A DNA stretch of 64,000 nt from Mycobacteriales bacterium (GCA_035545635.1 DASZXY010000013.1:184207-248206), one strand, 5' to 3'; positions 50,115-59,973 are shown, counted from the first letter of the stretch. Notes: a model not told the origin generated them from the sequence alone. A program made the numbers and translations.

Positions 50115-51914
50115 TCAGAAGGCGCCTAGCAACTTCCCGCTCAACAGCGACGCGGCGCACAGAACAGTCGCCAGCGTTGCGGCTACCGCAGAGCCTCCGG
50201 CTTCCCACGTCACCAAGGTAGTCGTAGCGGCTTCGTCCGGATGCTGGCGTCTTCGATTCGCGTTCGCGGCTACGTGACGCACGATCACCGCACAGGACGC
50301 GAGGAGATAGGTGAGCGCCTGCGCGAGCAAGAGGATCGTCAGGCCTATGGTCCGGTCGGGATGAGGGGCGATCGCAATCACTACTACGGGTGCGAAGCAA
50401 AGAACCAGCAGCGGCGAGAAGAACTTCAGCGACAACGGCCGGATGTCCGTCAGGCCTTTTGGCGTGACCCGAAACGGCTTCGGGGCGGACCTGCGACCGG
50501 CCCACATTCCCTGGAAGAAGCCCCAGGTGGTCCAAGGCCAGCGCACGAGCTGAAAGAGCACGAGATCGGTCGACCACAGCTTGGCCCGGACTGGACGCAG
50601 CACGCCGCAGTGCCGAAGCCACGCCAAGGTGCTCATGAGCAACAGCGAAGGCAGCGAGAGGCGGATGTAGAACTCGAGGATGCTCGTGTTGACCCATGTG
50701 ACGCCGGTGAGCACGCCAAGGGACGGCAGGCTGATCGCCGCGAGACACACCAAACCTTGGACCAGGTAGAAGAAGAGCGCAAAGCTCATCCGCGCCCGCG
50801 CCCTGCGAGGGACCGTGCGGAACTTCGACGGCGCCCATCTGGTGAAGATCGTTCCCAGGCTGCGCGACCACTGCAGCTCCTGGGTGATCATGTCGTCGAA
50901 GGTCTCGGGCCCATCGCCGTGAGCTTCGGCGTCGATGGCGAAGGCACCCGACCATCCCGCGGACTGCAGCCACAACGTTGTCGTGTAGTCCTCGGCGAGC
51001 TCCGGCCCGAGCCCGCCCACCTCACGCAACGCCGACGTACGAACCGCGTAGTGAGATCCGATGCAGAGTGGCGCCCAACCCCCGTTCGAACCAGCCTGCA
51101 CCACGCCGTGCAACGACGCCTCGCGATGCAGCCGGCCTCTCACGGTCCAGCCCTTGTCCTCGTTCGCATCGCACACGCTGGGCGCTGCGACGTAGCCGAT
51201 GCCCGCGTCCGCAAACGGCCGCACCATCTCCATGAGATAGCCAGGTGCGGGCACATGGTCCGCGTCCAGCTGGGCCACCACGTCGTAGGAGTCGTAGCCG
51301 TGACGGTCGTAGAAGTACGCGAGGTTGCCCTCCTTGCTCTTCGTACGTCGGGGCCAGACCGGCTGGTGGTATTCAGGAGCCCGCGCCCGCGTGGAGACGC
51401 GGACACCGTGGCGTCGGCACCACTGTCGCGCTGTCCGGGTGGGCTGCTCATCGGCCAGCCAGACGTCGTAGGCGAAGGGCACCTCCTGCGCGACCATGCC
51501 TCGCAAGGTCTCGCGAACCATCGGCCACGGCTCCGAGGGCGCCTTCGTCACGACCATTGCGACGCGTAGCGGGGGAACTGTCAGTTGAGGATTCGGCCGC
51601 TTGATGCGACAGGCGAAGAAGACGAAGTACGCACCGAGCAAAAAGATCCAACCTAGACCTGCGGTCGAGGCGACGCGACCGACACTCCACCGCCCGCGAG
51701 CCGGCGCGAACCACCACAGCCAGAACAGGGCGCCGCTGCTGACCCACGCCAGCACCAACAGGCGGAGGACGGCCTCCTGATGGACGGTGAGAACAGGTAC
51801 GAGGTGTTGCGGGCGCTCACCGCGCTTCGACCCACGAACGACGGCACGGTCCGGCCTCGCATGACCGCGGATGCCCGCAGCGGAGAAGCCGGATCGGACG
51901 GATCCGATCATCAT
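50115..51914 (-). CDS. Polytopic family-2 glycosyltransferase, copy 2
   Basis: Paralog of 46061..47827 with the same motifs. I take the start at MMIGSV to avoid overlapping the small upstream gene. Confidence 0.85.
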   Translation of the reverse strand: MMIGSVRSGFSAAGIRGHARPDRAVVRGSKRGERPQHLVPVLTVHQEAVLRLLVLAWVSSGALFWLWWFAPARGRWSVGRVASTAGLGWIFLLGAYFVFFACRIKRPNPQLTVPPLRVAMVVTKAPSEPWPMVRETLRGMVAQEVPFAYDVWLADEQPTRTARQWCRRHGVRVSTRARAPEYHQPVWPRRTKSKEGNLAYFYDRHGYDSYDVVAQLDADHVPAPGYLMEMVRPFADAGIGYVAAPSVCDANEDKGWTVRGRLHREASLHGVVQAGSNGGWAPLCIGSHYAVRTSALREVGGLGPELAEDYTTTLWLQSAGWSGAFAIDAEAHGDGPETFDDMITQELQWSRSLGTIFTRWAPSKFRTVPRRARARMSFALFFYLVQGLVCLAAISLPSLGVLTGVTWVNTSILEFYIRLSLPSLLLMSTLAWLRHCGVLRPVRAKLWSTDLVLFQLVRWPWTTWGFFQGMWAGRRSAPKPFRVTPKGLTDIRPLSLKFFSPLLVLCFAPVVVIAIAPHPDRTIGLTILLLAQALTYLLASCAVIVRHVAANANRRRQHPDEAATTTLVTWEAGGSAVAATLATVLCAASLLSGKLLGAF

Positions 51915-51924
51915 CGAGCCGTCG

Positions 51925-52137
51925 TTAGTGCGAGTCGCCGTCTGACAGACGCCGGAAGAAGCCGACCATGAGGACACCGGCGATCAGCAGCACGAAGCCG
52001 ATGGCAACCAGAACCATCAAGTGGCTCGCACCCGTGTAAGGCAGGGACTTCAGCGCGGGCGCACCCTTGGCACCGGCTGCTGCGCCGACCACCGCGCCGG
52101 CGACACTGGCGCCTCCGGTGCCGGCTGAAACGCTCAT
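51925..52137 (-). CDS. 70-aa small membrane peptide with an LPYTG motif, copy 2
   Basis: MSVSAGTGGASVAGAVVGAAAGAKGAPALKSLPYTGASHLMVLVAIGFVLLIAGVLMVGFFRRLSDGDSH. GAAGG RBS. Directly upstream of GT2 copy 2. Confidence 0.55.
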   Translation of the reverse strand: MSVSAGTGGASVAGAVVGAAAGAKGAPALKSLPYTGASHLMVLVAIGFVLLIAGVLMVGFFRRLSDGDSH

Positions 52138-52261
52138 TGCTGGGCCTTCGCTCTCTTGTCAGTCTGAGTAGTTGTTACGCATAACTACCCACTTCGACCT
52201 CGATCGCACATGGCGGCGCCAGCCGTGTCGCCTCCTACACAGCTATGGAAGGGGGCGGTTG

Positions 52262-53104
52262 CTACCAGAGCTGGTCGACGTAGGTGTCGGTGCCGACAAT
52301 CGTTCGAAGGAACGGCGCCACCAACAACGCGTCCGCGAGGTCGAGCTCGGCGAGTGCTTTGGTGTACGCGCGGAACCAGTCGATCGACGCGCGCACGTCA
52401 CCACCGATGAACGCCACTTGGCAGAGCCGGTTCTCCTGCCCTCCCGGCGATCCGAGCGCCATCGGTGCGTTGTCGCGGGAGTTGCGGAACTCCGGCCGTG
52501 GCGTCCAGGACGACACGATCTCGACGTCGGAGCCGGACAGCAGGTCACGTGTCGCGTCGCTCTCGCTGATGCGTTCGTGGAGCGCCGCGGCGTCGAGGCC
52601 GTTGCGGCCGTCGAGCCAAACGCAGACGATGCCGTCGTAGTGGTGATCGAGGGCGAGCTCAAGCGGCACTGGGTCGGCGTCGCGATATACCGCGCCTACG
52701 TGATCGAACGTCGCGGTGTGCACGTGCGAGCGCTCCGAGAAGCCGCGTCCGTTGCTGTAGAGCTGCTGCACCTGCGGCAGGGCCCAGTCGTCCCAATCCT
52801 TGTGGTGACCGGCTTCGACCCAATAGATCGCAACGTACGAACCCGCATCGAGCGGATCCGCGACGTCGGTGCCGCCCCAACGCAGGTTCTTCATCTCGCG
52901 GGTCGCAACCCAACGCGAGCCGGCAATCTGCCATGGCCCTTCCATGCAGCCCGCGTAGAAGTGGTCGCGCTCGTACCAGCGGTTGTACGCGCTCTCGAAC
53001 CCCTTGTGCGGGTCGACGAGGGTGAGCAGCATCGATCCGACCTTGACCGGGTAGTCGTCGACCCCCGCAGGCGTCAGCGGGTAGTTGTCGGGTGGGTAGG
53101 CCAT
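52262..53104 (-). CDS. Conserved hypothetical protein
   Basis: 280-aa ORF translationally coupled to the upstream ligase by a TAATG overlap. No motif recognised. Confidence 0.5.
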   Translation of the reverse strand: MAYPPDNYPLTPAGVDDYPVKVGSMLLTLVDPHKGFESAYNRWYERDHFYAGCMEGPWQIAGSRWVATREMKNLRWGGTDVADPLDAGSYVAIYWVEAGHHKDWDDWALPQVQQLYSNGRGFSERSHVHTATFDHVGAVYRDADPVPLELALDHHYDGIVCVWLDGRNGLDAAALHERISESDATRDLLSGSDVEIVSSWTPRPEFRNSRDNAPMALGSPGGQENRLCQVAFIGGDVRASIDWFRAYTKALAELDLADALLVAPFLRTIVGTDTYVDQLW

Positions 53105-54558
53105 TACTGCTCCTTGAACCGGTCCATGACCTCTGCGCGCACTACTTTGCCAGTTGCGGTCCTGGGAAGGGGGTCCCGCGTGATCACCCAGCGGCTCGGG
53201 ACCTTGAAATACGCGAGCCGCTGCTTCACGTAGCCGGTGAGCGCGTCCTCGCTGAGGCTCACGCCTTCAGCGGGCACGACGATCGCGCCGACAATCTGGC
53301 CGAACTCATCGTTGGGCAGCCCGACGACGACCACCTCGTGCACGTCGGGGTGTCCCTCGAGACAGCTCTCGATCTCTGCGGGGTAGACGTTCTCGGCGCC
53401 GCGGAGAATCAGGTCAGTACGACGAGTGGTGAGGAACAGCAGACCATCGCGAATCTCTCCCAGGTCGCCGGTCTTGAGCCAGCGGTTCTCGCCGATCACG
53501 GCGTCGGTGGCTTCCTGGTTGTTCCAGTACCCGATCATCACCATCGGGCCGCGCAGGTAGATCTCTCCCGCGTCGTCGACCTTCAGCTCCACTGTCGGCA
53601 CCGGGCGTCCGACGGTGTCGGGATGCTCTTGCAGCTCGGCGAACGACGACGTCGTCGACAGCCCGCAGGCCTCGGTCTGGCCGTAACCGATCCCCCAGCT
53701 GATGTGCTCACCGAACGTGTCACGGATCGCCTGCTGCAACGCCGCCGACCATGCGGCGCCGCCGCCGCCGATGTGCATCATCGATGACGTGTCGTAGTCC
53801 TTGGCGGTCGGCTCGTGCACCACCCGCCAGAGCGTGGTCGGCATCGTCGTCCACGTGCTGCACCGCTCCCGCTCGATCACCTTCAGCGTTGAGACCGGGT
53901 CGAACTTGCCGTCCTGCCACACGGTGGTGTTGCCGGCGCCGAGGCACGCGATGACGCCGCTGTGCAGGCCCGACACGTGGAACAGCGGCGTACTCGTCAG
54001 AGCCCGAGACGGCGGAAGCGTGAACCCCGGTGGCACTCGCGCCGCGATGATGCACTGCTGCGCCTGCACCAGGCAGTTGAGATTGCGATGCGAGTGCGTT
54101 GCGCCCTTCGGACGCCCGGTCGTGCCGGACGTGTAGAGGATCAGCGCCGGGTCGTCCTCGTCGACGTCCACCTGCGGTCGCTCGACTTCGTCGCCATCAA
54201 GCAATGCGGTGATCGGCCCCATGTCCTTGACGACGAGCTTCGGAGCGCAGTCGGCGAGCGCGTAGTCGAGCTCGTCCTGTGCCCACCACACATTGAGCCC
54301 AACGGCGATCGCGCCGATCGAGACCGCCGCCCAGAACGTGACGACCCACTCGATCGAGTTCTTGCCGAAGATCGCGACTCGGTCGCCCTTGTCGACACCT
54401 TGCTCTTGGAGATAGCGGGCGACTCGCGCGACGGCCGCGTGATGCTCGGCGTAGGTGAGCCGGCGATCACCGTCGACGATGTACTCACGATCGGCCCACT
54501 CGAGCGACCGGTCGAGCAGCGCCGCCATCGAGCGCAGCCGCTCGCTGAAAACCGTCAT
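53104..54558 (-). CDS. AMP-dependent acyl-CoA synthetase/ligase
   Basis: ILYTSGTTGRPKGA AMP-binding motif. I take the start at MTVFSERLRS (54558) so that it does not overlap the divergent NTF2 gene. Confidence 0.85.
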   Translation of the reverse strand: MTVFSERLRSMAALLDRSLEWADREYIVDGDRRLTYAEHHAAVARVARYLQEQGVDKGDRVAIFGKNSIEWVVTFWAAVSIGAIAVGLNVWWAQDELDYALADCAPKLVVKDMGPITALLDGDEVERPQVDVDEDDPALILYTSGTTGRPKGATHSHRNLNCLVQAQQCIIAARVPPGFTLPPSRALTSTPLFHVSGLHSGVIACLGAGNTTVWQDGKFDPVSTLKVIERERCSTWTTMPTTLWRVVHEPTAKDYDTSSMMHIGGGGAAWSAALQQAIRDTFGEHISWGIGYGQTEACGLSTTSSFAELQEHPDTVGRPVPTVELKVDDAGEIYLRGPMVMIGYWNNQEATDAVIGENRWLKTGDLGEIRDGLLFLTTRRTDLILRGAENVYPAEIESCLEGHPDVHEVVVVGLPNDEFGQIVGAIVVPAEGVSLSEDALTGYVKQRLAYFKVPSRWVITRDPLPRTATGKVVRAEVMDRFKEQ

Positions 54559-54598
54559 GCGTTCGCCGAGGACGATCTCCTCAGTAAGGTCAAAGTTC

Positions 54599-55051
54599 AT
54601 GACGGCCACCGCTCACGAGCAGATCCGCAACCTGCTCGGTCGCTACTGCGAGCGCATGGACGCCGGCGACTTCGCCGGTCTCGCGGCGCTGTTCACCCAC
54701 GGCACCCTCGCCGATGGCCACGGAAACATCTTCGCGACGGGCGCAGCGGAGATGCAGGCCATGTGGGAGGGGCAGACCAAGACCTACGACGGGTCGCCCC
54801 GCACGCGCCACATCACCGCGAACCCGGTGATCGAGGTCGACGAGAGCACCGGCACCGCGACGTGCACGTCGTCGTACGTCGTGTTCCAGGGCGTTGACGG
54901 CTTCGCGTTCCAGCCGATCGTGAGCGGCCGGTACGCCGACAGCTTTACGCGGGACGACGACGGCTCGTGGCGCTTCACCGCGCGCCGCTACGCCGTCGAT
55001 CACGTCGGCGACCTCTCTCACCATCTCCGGATGCAGGTGACAGAGAGCTAG
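54599..55051 (+). CDS. SnoaL/NTF2-like (ketosteroid-isomerase-fold) protein
   Basis: MTATAHEQIRNLLGRYCERMDAGDF is a typical NTF2-like N-terminus. 150 aa. Confidence 0.6.
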   Translation: MTATAHEQIRNLLGRYCERMDAGDFAGLAALFTHGTLADGHGNIFATGAAEMQAMWEGQTKTYDGSPRTRHITANPVIEVDESTGTATCTSSYVVFQGVDGFAFQPIVSGRYADSFTRDDDGSWRFTARRYAVDHVGDLSHHLRMQVTES

Positions 55052-56634
55052 TTGACCATTCGGGCGCCGTCGCCCCAGTACTGCGCGCGTAGCGCCTTCT
55101 TGTCCGGCTTGCCGAGAGCCGACAGCGGGATCGCATCGACGAAGTCGACGCTCTTCGGCGCGTGGGTCGCGCCCTTGCGCTCCTTCACCAGCTCGTAGAG
55201 CTCCTCCTCGCTCACCGTCTGGTCTGGCCGCAGAACAACGACGGCCTTGACCGCCTCACCCCACTTCTCGTCGGGCACGCCGATCACCGCGACCTGTCCG
55301 ACCGACGGGTGCGTGCCGATCACGTCCTCGATCTCACGCGGGAACACGTTGAAGCCACCGGACACGATCATGTCCTTCTTGCGGTCGACGATCGTGAGGA
55401 AGCCCTGGGCGTCCTTCTTCGCGATGTCACCGGTGTGCAGCCAACCACCGGCGAGTGCCTCAGCGGTCTGCTCCGGCTTGTTCCAGTAGCCCGCCATCAC
55501 GAGTGGGCCGCGGACGCAGATCTCGCCCGGCTCGCCATCGGGAACCTCGTTGAGATCGTCGTCGAGCAGCTTCACGTTCAGCCACGGCACAGCGCGGCCA
55601 CACGTGGCGAGCCGCTCGAGGTCGTTGATGTCGTGCTCGCCCTTGCGCAACACCGAGATCGTCATCCCGCACTCGGACTGGCCGAAGAACTGGAAGAAGA
55701 TGTGGCCGAACTTCTCGATGGCCTCCTTGAGCCGGGTCGGTGAGATCGCGGAGGCGCCGTAATAGACGGTCTCGAGGCTCGACAGGTCGTAGTCGTCGAT
55801 CTTCGGGTGGTCCATGAGGATGTAGAGCATCGTCGGAACGAGCATCGTGGCGGTGATCTTGTACTTCTGGATCGTCTCGAGCACCGCGGTCGGGTCGAAG
55901 CCGGGAAGCACGACGATGCTTCCGCCGCGAAGCAGCGTCGGGACGAAAAACGCCGCGCCCGCGTGCGACAGCGGAGTCGCGATCAGGAACCGCGTCTCCT
56001 CAGGCCACTCCCACTCCGCGAGCTGGATCTGCGTGAGCGTCGCGCCACTGCGATAGGTCTGCATGACCCCCTTGGATGCACCCGTCGTACCGCCGGTGTA
56101 GGTGAACCCACTGATGTCCTCGCCGTTGACTTCGGGAGCGACCAGCGGCTTCGGTTCGAACGTCTCCGCGAGCGCGATGAGGTCGACGCCGACCTCGGAC
56201 GGCCCGAGCGAAAGGAGCGTCTTGAGGCCGGGCACGCGGTCGCGAAGTTCGGCCGCGCGCTCCTCGAACGCACTCGGGTCGAAGACCAGCGTCTCGATCT
56301 CCGCGTCCTCGAGCACGTAGGCCTGGTCGTCGGCGGATCCCATCGGGTGCAGCGACGTGCTCCGGCACGGCGTCAGCATGTTCGCACCCATGGTGAACAA
56401 CACCTCGGGGCGGTTCTTCGACAGCATCGCGATCGGGTGATGCTCGGTGATGCCGAGCGAGGCGAACGCCTGCACGTACTTGCTCATCTGCGCCGCCACC
56501 TGGGACGCGGTGAGCACCTCGTCCCCCAGATACACGGCGGGTTTGTCCGCGTGCCGGGCCAGCGCCGCAACCAGCAGGTTGGGCATGAAAGCCGGCTTGT
56601 GAAGGTCGTCTGCAGTCGTCGACATCAGTGCCAA
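55048..56634 (-). CDS. Acyl-CoA synthetase (AMP-binding)
   Basis: FTYTGGTTGASKGV motif. 528 aa. Confidence 0.85.
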   Translation of the reverse strand: MALMSTTADDLHKPAFMPNLLVAALARHADKPAVYLGDEVLTASQVAAQMSKYVQAFASLGITEHHPIAMLSKNRPEVLFTMGANMLTPCRSTSLHPMGSADDQAYVLEDAEIETLVFDPSAFEERAAELRDRVPGLKTLLSLGPSEVGVDLIALAETFEPKPLVAPEVNGEDISGFTYTGGTTGASKGVMQTYRSGATLTQIQLAEWEWPEETRFLIATPLSHAGAAFFVPTLLRGGSIVVLPGFDPTAVLETIQKYKITATMLVPTMLYILMDHPKIDDYDLSSLETVYYGASAISPTRLKEAIEKFGHIFFQFFGQSECGMTISVLRKGEHDINDLERLATCGRAVPWLNVKLLDDDLNEVPDGEPGEICVRGPLVMAGYWNKPEQTAEALAGGWLHTGDIAKKDAQGFLTIVDRKKDMIVSGGFNVFPREIEDVIGTHPSVGQVAVIGVPDEKWGEAVKAVVVLRPDQTVSEEELYELVKERKGATHAPKSVDFVDAIPLSALGKPDKKALRAQYWGDGARMVN

Positions 56635-56676
56635 TCCTCTGTGCCATTCCGGGTGGCTGTGGCCTGGCCCGACGAT

Positions 56677-56695
56677 ATCTGAAAAGGTGTCAGAT
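56677..56695. promoter_or_regulatory. Palindrome ATCTGA-N7-TCAGAT (site G, degenerate)
   Basis: Has the outer arms of the TCTGACG..CGTCAGAT motif. Lies in the divergent spacer between the ligase and the LLM gene. Confidence 0.4.
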
Positions 56696-56702
56696 AATCC
56701 TC

Positions 56703-56746
56703 ACGAGGTTGCCCGCTCCGCTCACAACCCCGCGGGGGCCCCGAAA
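56703..56746. repeat. Spacer element R3 (ACGAGGTTGCCCGCTCCGCTCACAACCCCGCGGGGGCCCCGAAATG)
   Basis: Core identical to R1 and R2. Its terminal ATG is out of frame with the LLM gene. Confidence 0.65.
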
Positions 56747-56780
56747 TGCCAAGAAACACAACGCTTTGGGAGCCTGCGTC

Positions 56781-57671
56781 GTGGCAGTCACGTTGAGCAT
56801 CGGCGTGCCGAACTTCGGTGGCTGGTCGGGCGGCGACTGGCGTGGCCTCGTCGACGTCGCGCGGATGACGGAGGACGCGGGGATTGACCGCATCGTCGTC
56901 GTCGACCACACGGTGATGGGCCGTAACACCGACGCCTACGCCTGGGGCCGGTTCCCGGTGCCACCCGAGGCGCCCTGGCTCGAGCCGCTCGCTGTGCTGA
57001 GCGCGATGGCGGCCGTCACGACGACGCTGCGGCTGTCCACCGGCATCCTCATCGCGCCGCTGCGCCCGGCGTCCGTGCTGGCGAAGCAGGTCGCGACGCT
57101 CGACGTCTTGTCGAACGGCCGGGTCGACCTCGGCGTCGGGGTCGGGTGGCAGAAGGAGGAGTACGACGCGCAGGGCCTGGACTTCTCCCAACGCGGGACG
57201 CTGCTGGACGACACGATTGCGGCCTGTCGCGCACTGTGGTCCGACCTGCCAGCCAGCTTCGAGTCGACGTCCGTCAGCTTCGACGACACGTTCTGCTCGC
57301 CGCAGCCAATCCAGTCCCGGCTACCGGTGTGGTTCGGCGGGTCGCTGACCGAACGAATGATCGCTCGCATCGTCGATCTCGGGGACGGCTGGATCCCGAT
57401 CATGGGAGCGACGCTCGACGACGTACGGGACGGCGCCACCCGCCTGGCGGCAGCCACGAGCCGGCGGATCGAAGTACAGATGCGAGCCACCACGGTGATG
57501 GGCGATGACGGAAAGGCGGATCCGGTCGGCACAATGTCTGGCGTGCCCCAGCTCCCCGATGCCGGCGTCACGGACGTGACAGTTAACCTCGCGGCATTCG
57601 CTCCCACGATGGCGGATGCGCCAGCCGCGCTGCGCGCGCTCGGCAAAGCTTTTGGGGAGGTGACCGCGTGA
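56781..57671 (+). CDS. LLM-class F420-dependent oxidoreductase
   Basis: GTG at 56781 gives MAVTLSIGVPNFGGW, a typical LLM N-terminus, and is preceded by a GGGAG RBS. The track ORF extension from 56628 overlaps the divergent gene. Confidence 0.8.
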   Translation: MAVTLSIGVPNFGGWSGGDWRGLVDVARMTEDAGIDRIVVVDHTVMGRNTDAYAWGRFPVPPEAPWLEPLAVLSAMAAVTTTLRLSTGILIAPLRPASVLAKQVATLDVLSNGRVDLGVGVGWQKEEYDAQGLDFSQRGTLLDDTIAACRALWSDLPASFESTSVSFDDTFCSPQPIQSRLPVWFGGSLTERMIARIVDLGDGWIPIMGATLDDVRDGATRLAAATSRRIEVQMRATTVMGDDGKADPVGTMSGVPQLPDAGVTDVTVNLAAFAPTMADAPAALRALGKAFGEVTA

Positions 57672-58111
57672 TCAACACGATGGTCGACAGCTGGGAGATC
57701 CGCCAGCTTGTCGAGCGCTACGCGGCGGCCGCCGATCGCGGGGACGGTGCGAGTGCAGCAGGCCTTTTCGTCGAGGACGGCGAGTTCGCCATGTGGCTCG
57801 ACCCAGAGTCCCTCGACCCGACGTCGACCCGCCGCGGTCGCCCCGAGATCGCGGCATCGATCGACCGGATTCGCGACTACAGCCACACCCATCACACCAT
57901 CGGCAGCCATGTCGTCGAGATCGCCGAGGACCGCGCAACCGGTGAAGCCCGCTGCGAGGCACACCACCTGATCGGCGCGCCCCCGAACGTCAAGGACCAT
58001 GTGATGTTCGCCTACTACCTCGACGAGTACGTCAAGGTTGACGGTCGCTGGTTCTTCAAGCGCCGCGAGCTGCGTGTGAACTGGATCAGCATCCTGCCCG
58101 TCGAACAGTGA
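57668..58111 (+). CDS. NTF2/SnoaL-like protein
   Basis: 147 aa. GTGA overlap with the LLM stop. Confidence 0.6.
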   Translation: MINTMVDSWEIRQLVERYAAAADRGDGASAAGLFVEDGEFAMWLDPESLDPTSTRRGRPEIAASIDRIRDYSHTHHTIGSHVVEIAEDRATGEARCEAHHLIGAPPNVKDHVMFAYYLDEYVKVDGRWFFKRRELRVNWISILPVEQ

Positions 58112-59133
58112 TGAAGGCGTACCGGCTTCTCGACTGGCAGCGGGCGGACTTCGACGAGGTGCCGATTCCCGAGCCCGGACCGGGAGAGGTGCGAGTCCGC
58201 ATCGGCGGCGTCGGGCTCTGCCATTCCGACGTCATCTTCCTTGAGGCACCGGCCGGCCTGCTCCCTTACGACCTGCCGTTCACCCTCGGCCACGAGATCG
58301 CCGGATGGGTGGACGCGGTCGGTGCCGGCGTCGACGCCGTTGCTCACGATGAGGCAGTCGCGGTCGCCTGCATGGCGCCGTGCGGCGAGTGCCGTTGGTG
58401 TCGTCGGGGCCAGGACAACTATTGCGTCGACACCTGGCACGGCCGGGGCTTCGGTGTCGACGGCGGGCTCGCGGAGTACATCGTCGTCGGCGCAAGTCAG
58501 CTCGTGCCGCTCGGCGACCTGGACCCGAAGGTCGTCGCACCGTTGACGGATGCGGGCGCGACGTCGTACCACGCAGTGAAGAAGGCCCTACCGAAGCTGT
58601 ACGACGACTCAACCGCGGTCGTGATCGGCGTCGGCGGGCTCGGCGCGTACGGCGTGCAGTGGCTGCGCATGCTGACGAAGGCGCGGATCATCGCGGTCGA
58701 GGCGAAGCCGGAACGCATCAAGGCGGCCGCCGAACTCGGAGCGCACGAGGTGATCGAGGCGGGCGACGGCCTTTCGAGGCGGCTCGCCGAGGCGATCGGC
58801 GAGGGCGGTGCCGACGCGATCCTCGATTTCGTCGGCAGCGATGCCACGATCCGCGCCTCGATGCGCAACGTCGCGAAGGCGGGAGCGATCGGTCTCGTCG
58901 GCCAGGGCTTCGGCAAAGGCGAGGTCCGCTACGGAGCGTGGGCGCATGACGCCGACCTGTTCAACCCGCAGGGCTCGACGATCGCCGAGCTCGGCGAGGT
59001 GATCGCACTCGCGAAGTCGGGCGAGGTGGTCGTCGAGGTTGAGCAGTTCGGGTTCGACGAAGTCGTCGAGGCCTACCAGCGGCTAACGGACGGGACCCTC
59101 AACGGCCGAGCGGTCGTCCTCCCCAACGGCTAG
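58108..59133 (+). CDS. Zn-dependent NAD(P) alcohol dehydrogenase (MDR family)
   Basis: GLCHSD zinc site and GVGGLG Rossmann motif. ATGA overlap. Confidence 0.85.
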   Translation: MMKAYRLLDWQRADFDEVPIPEPGPGEVRVRIGGVGLCHSDVIFLEAPAGLLPYDLPFTLGHEIAGWVDAVGAGVDAVAHDEAVAVACMAPCGECRWCRRGQDNYCVDTWHGRGFGVDGGLAEYIVVGASQLVPLGDLDPKVVAPLTDAGATSYHAVKKALPKLYDDSTAVVIGVGGLGAYGVQWLRMLTKARIIAVEAKPERIKAAAELGAHEVIEAGDGLSRRLAEAIGEGGADAILDFVGSDATIRASMRNVAKAGAIGLVGQGFGKGEVRYGAWAHDADLFNPQGSTIAELGEVIALAKSGEVVVEVEQFGFDEVVEAYQRLTDGTLNGRAVVLPNG

Positions 59134-59954
59134 GGCTTCTGTAGGAACTTCTGGAGCTTGGCGATCCGCCAGGGCCGGCGGCCGCCCGCGACGCGTAGCC
59201 CGCGACGGACTGCGCCGACCTGGCCGAGGCGCTGATAGAAGAAGAGCAGGAGCGTCTCCGGTGGCGACGTGAGAACGACATCGGCGGGCTCACCTACATC
59301 AGCCGGTCGACTGTCGACCTTGCCGTTGTCGAAGGCGAGCATCCAGTTCGCGGCACCCGGCACCCGGAACTGCAGATCGAGGGTGCCTGTCGCGGTCGGC
59401 TCGGCATAGGCGGACGTCAGCTGCATGATCGCGTTGATGACGAGGAGCGCGTCACGCGAGTCGATTCGCCACGGTCGACCCGCCCCGCGAGCGAGGTCGT
59501 GGCCGTGCACCATGAACTCGCCGATGAAGTTGGCCATCCCTCCCGCAGCGTCGATCGTCGTGTTGCCGTGGAACGGGAAGCGCTGATGCAGGTCGAGTTG
59601 CTCCGGCGCGAACGCGACCCGCACTCTCTTCATCTGCGACACCAGCTCCGGGATCAGGTCCCCCATCTGGACACCATCGAGCTCGCGCAGCTCTCGATCG
59701 TTGATCAGGTCGACCTCGCGTGGCGTCGCGCCGAGGCCGTCGGTGCTCATGATGTCGCGGTTCGTATAACGACGAGCGACGGTCAGGATGTGGGCGACGA
59801 CGTCCCGCGATGTCCAGGTCGTTCCCGCGCCGACGACGTCAGGCCCGACCGACCTCACCAGCGAGATGAACCGCTCCTGCACCGCATCGATGCGCCGCCA
59901 GAGCTCTTCTCCCTCTGTCGCGATGAACCGCTGGTAAGCCTGCTGCACAGCCAT
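59130..59954 (-). CDS. DinB/maleylpyruvate-isomerase-N-domain family protein (mycothiol-dependent-like)
   Basis: N-terminal DinB-like four-helix region (WTSRDVVAHIL). I take the start at the MAVQQAYQRF Met. Confidence 0.55.
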   Translation of the reverse strand: MAVQQAYQRFIATEGEELWRRIDAVQERFISLVRSVGPDVVGAGTTWTSRDVVAHILTVARRYTNRDIMSTDGLGATPREVDLINDRELRELDGVQMGDLIPELVSQMKRVRVAFAPEQLDLHQRFPFHGNTTIDAAGGMANFIGEFMVHGHDLARGAGRPWRIDSRDALLVINAIMQLTSAYAEPTATGTLDLQFRVPGAANWMLAFDNGKVDSRPADVGEPADVVLTSPPETLLLFFYQRLGQVGAVRRGLRVAGGRRPWRIAKLQKFLQKP

Positions 59955-59973
59955 GTCGTCCTCCCGTGTGGTG

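Noticed and set aside
49909-50973. 354-aa minus-strand ORF overlapping GT2 copy 2
   Set aside because: Out-of-frame overlap with a strongly supported GT2. Arg-rich.
54559-54609. Apparent 11-nt overlap between the 5' ends of the divergent ligase and NTF2 genes
   Set aside because: Resolved by choosing the internal Met (MTVFSERLRS, 54558) as the ligase start. That leaves a normal 40-bp divergent spacer.
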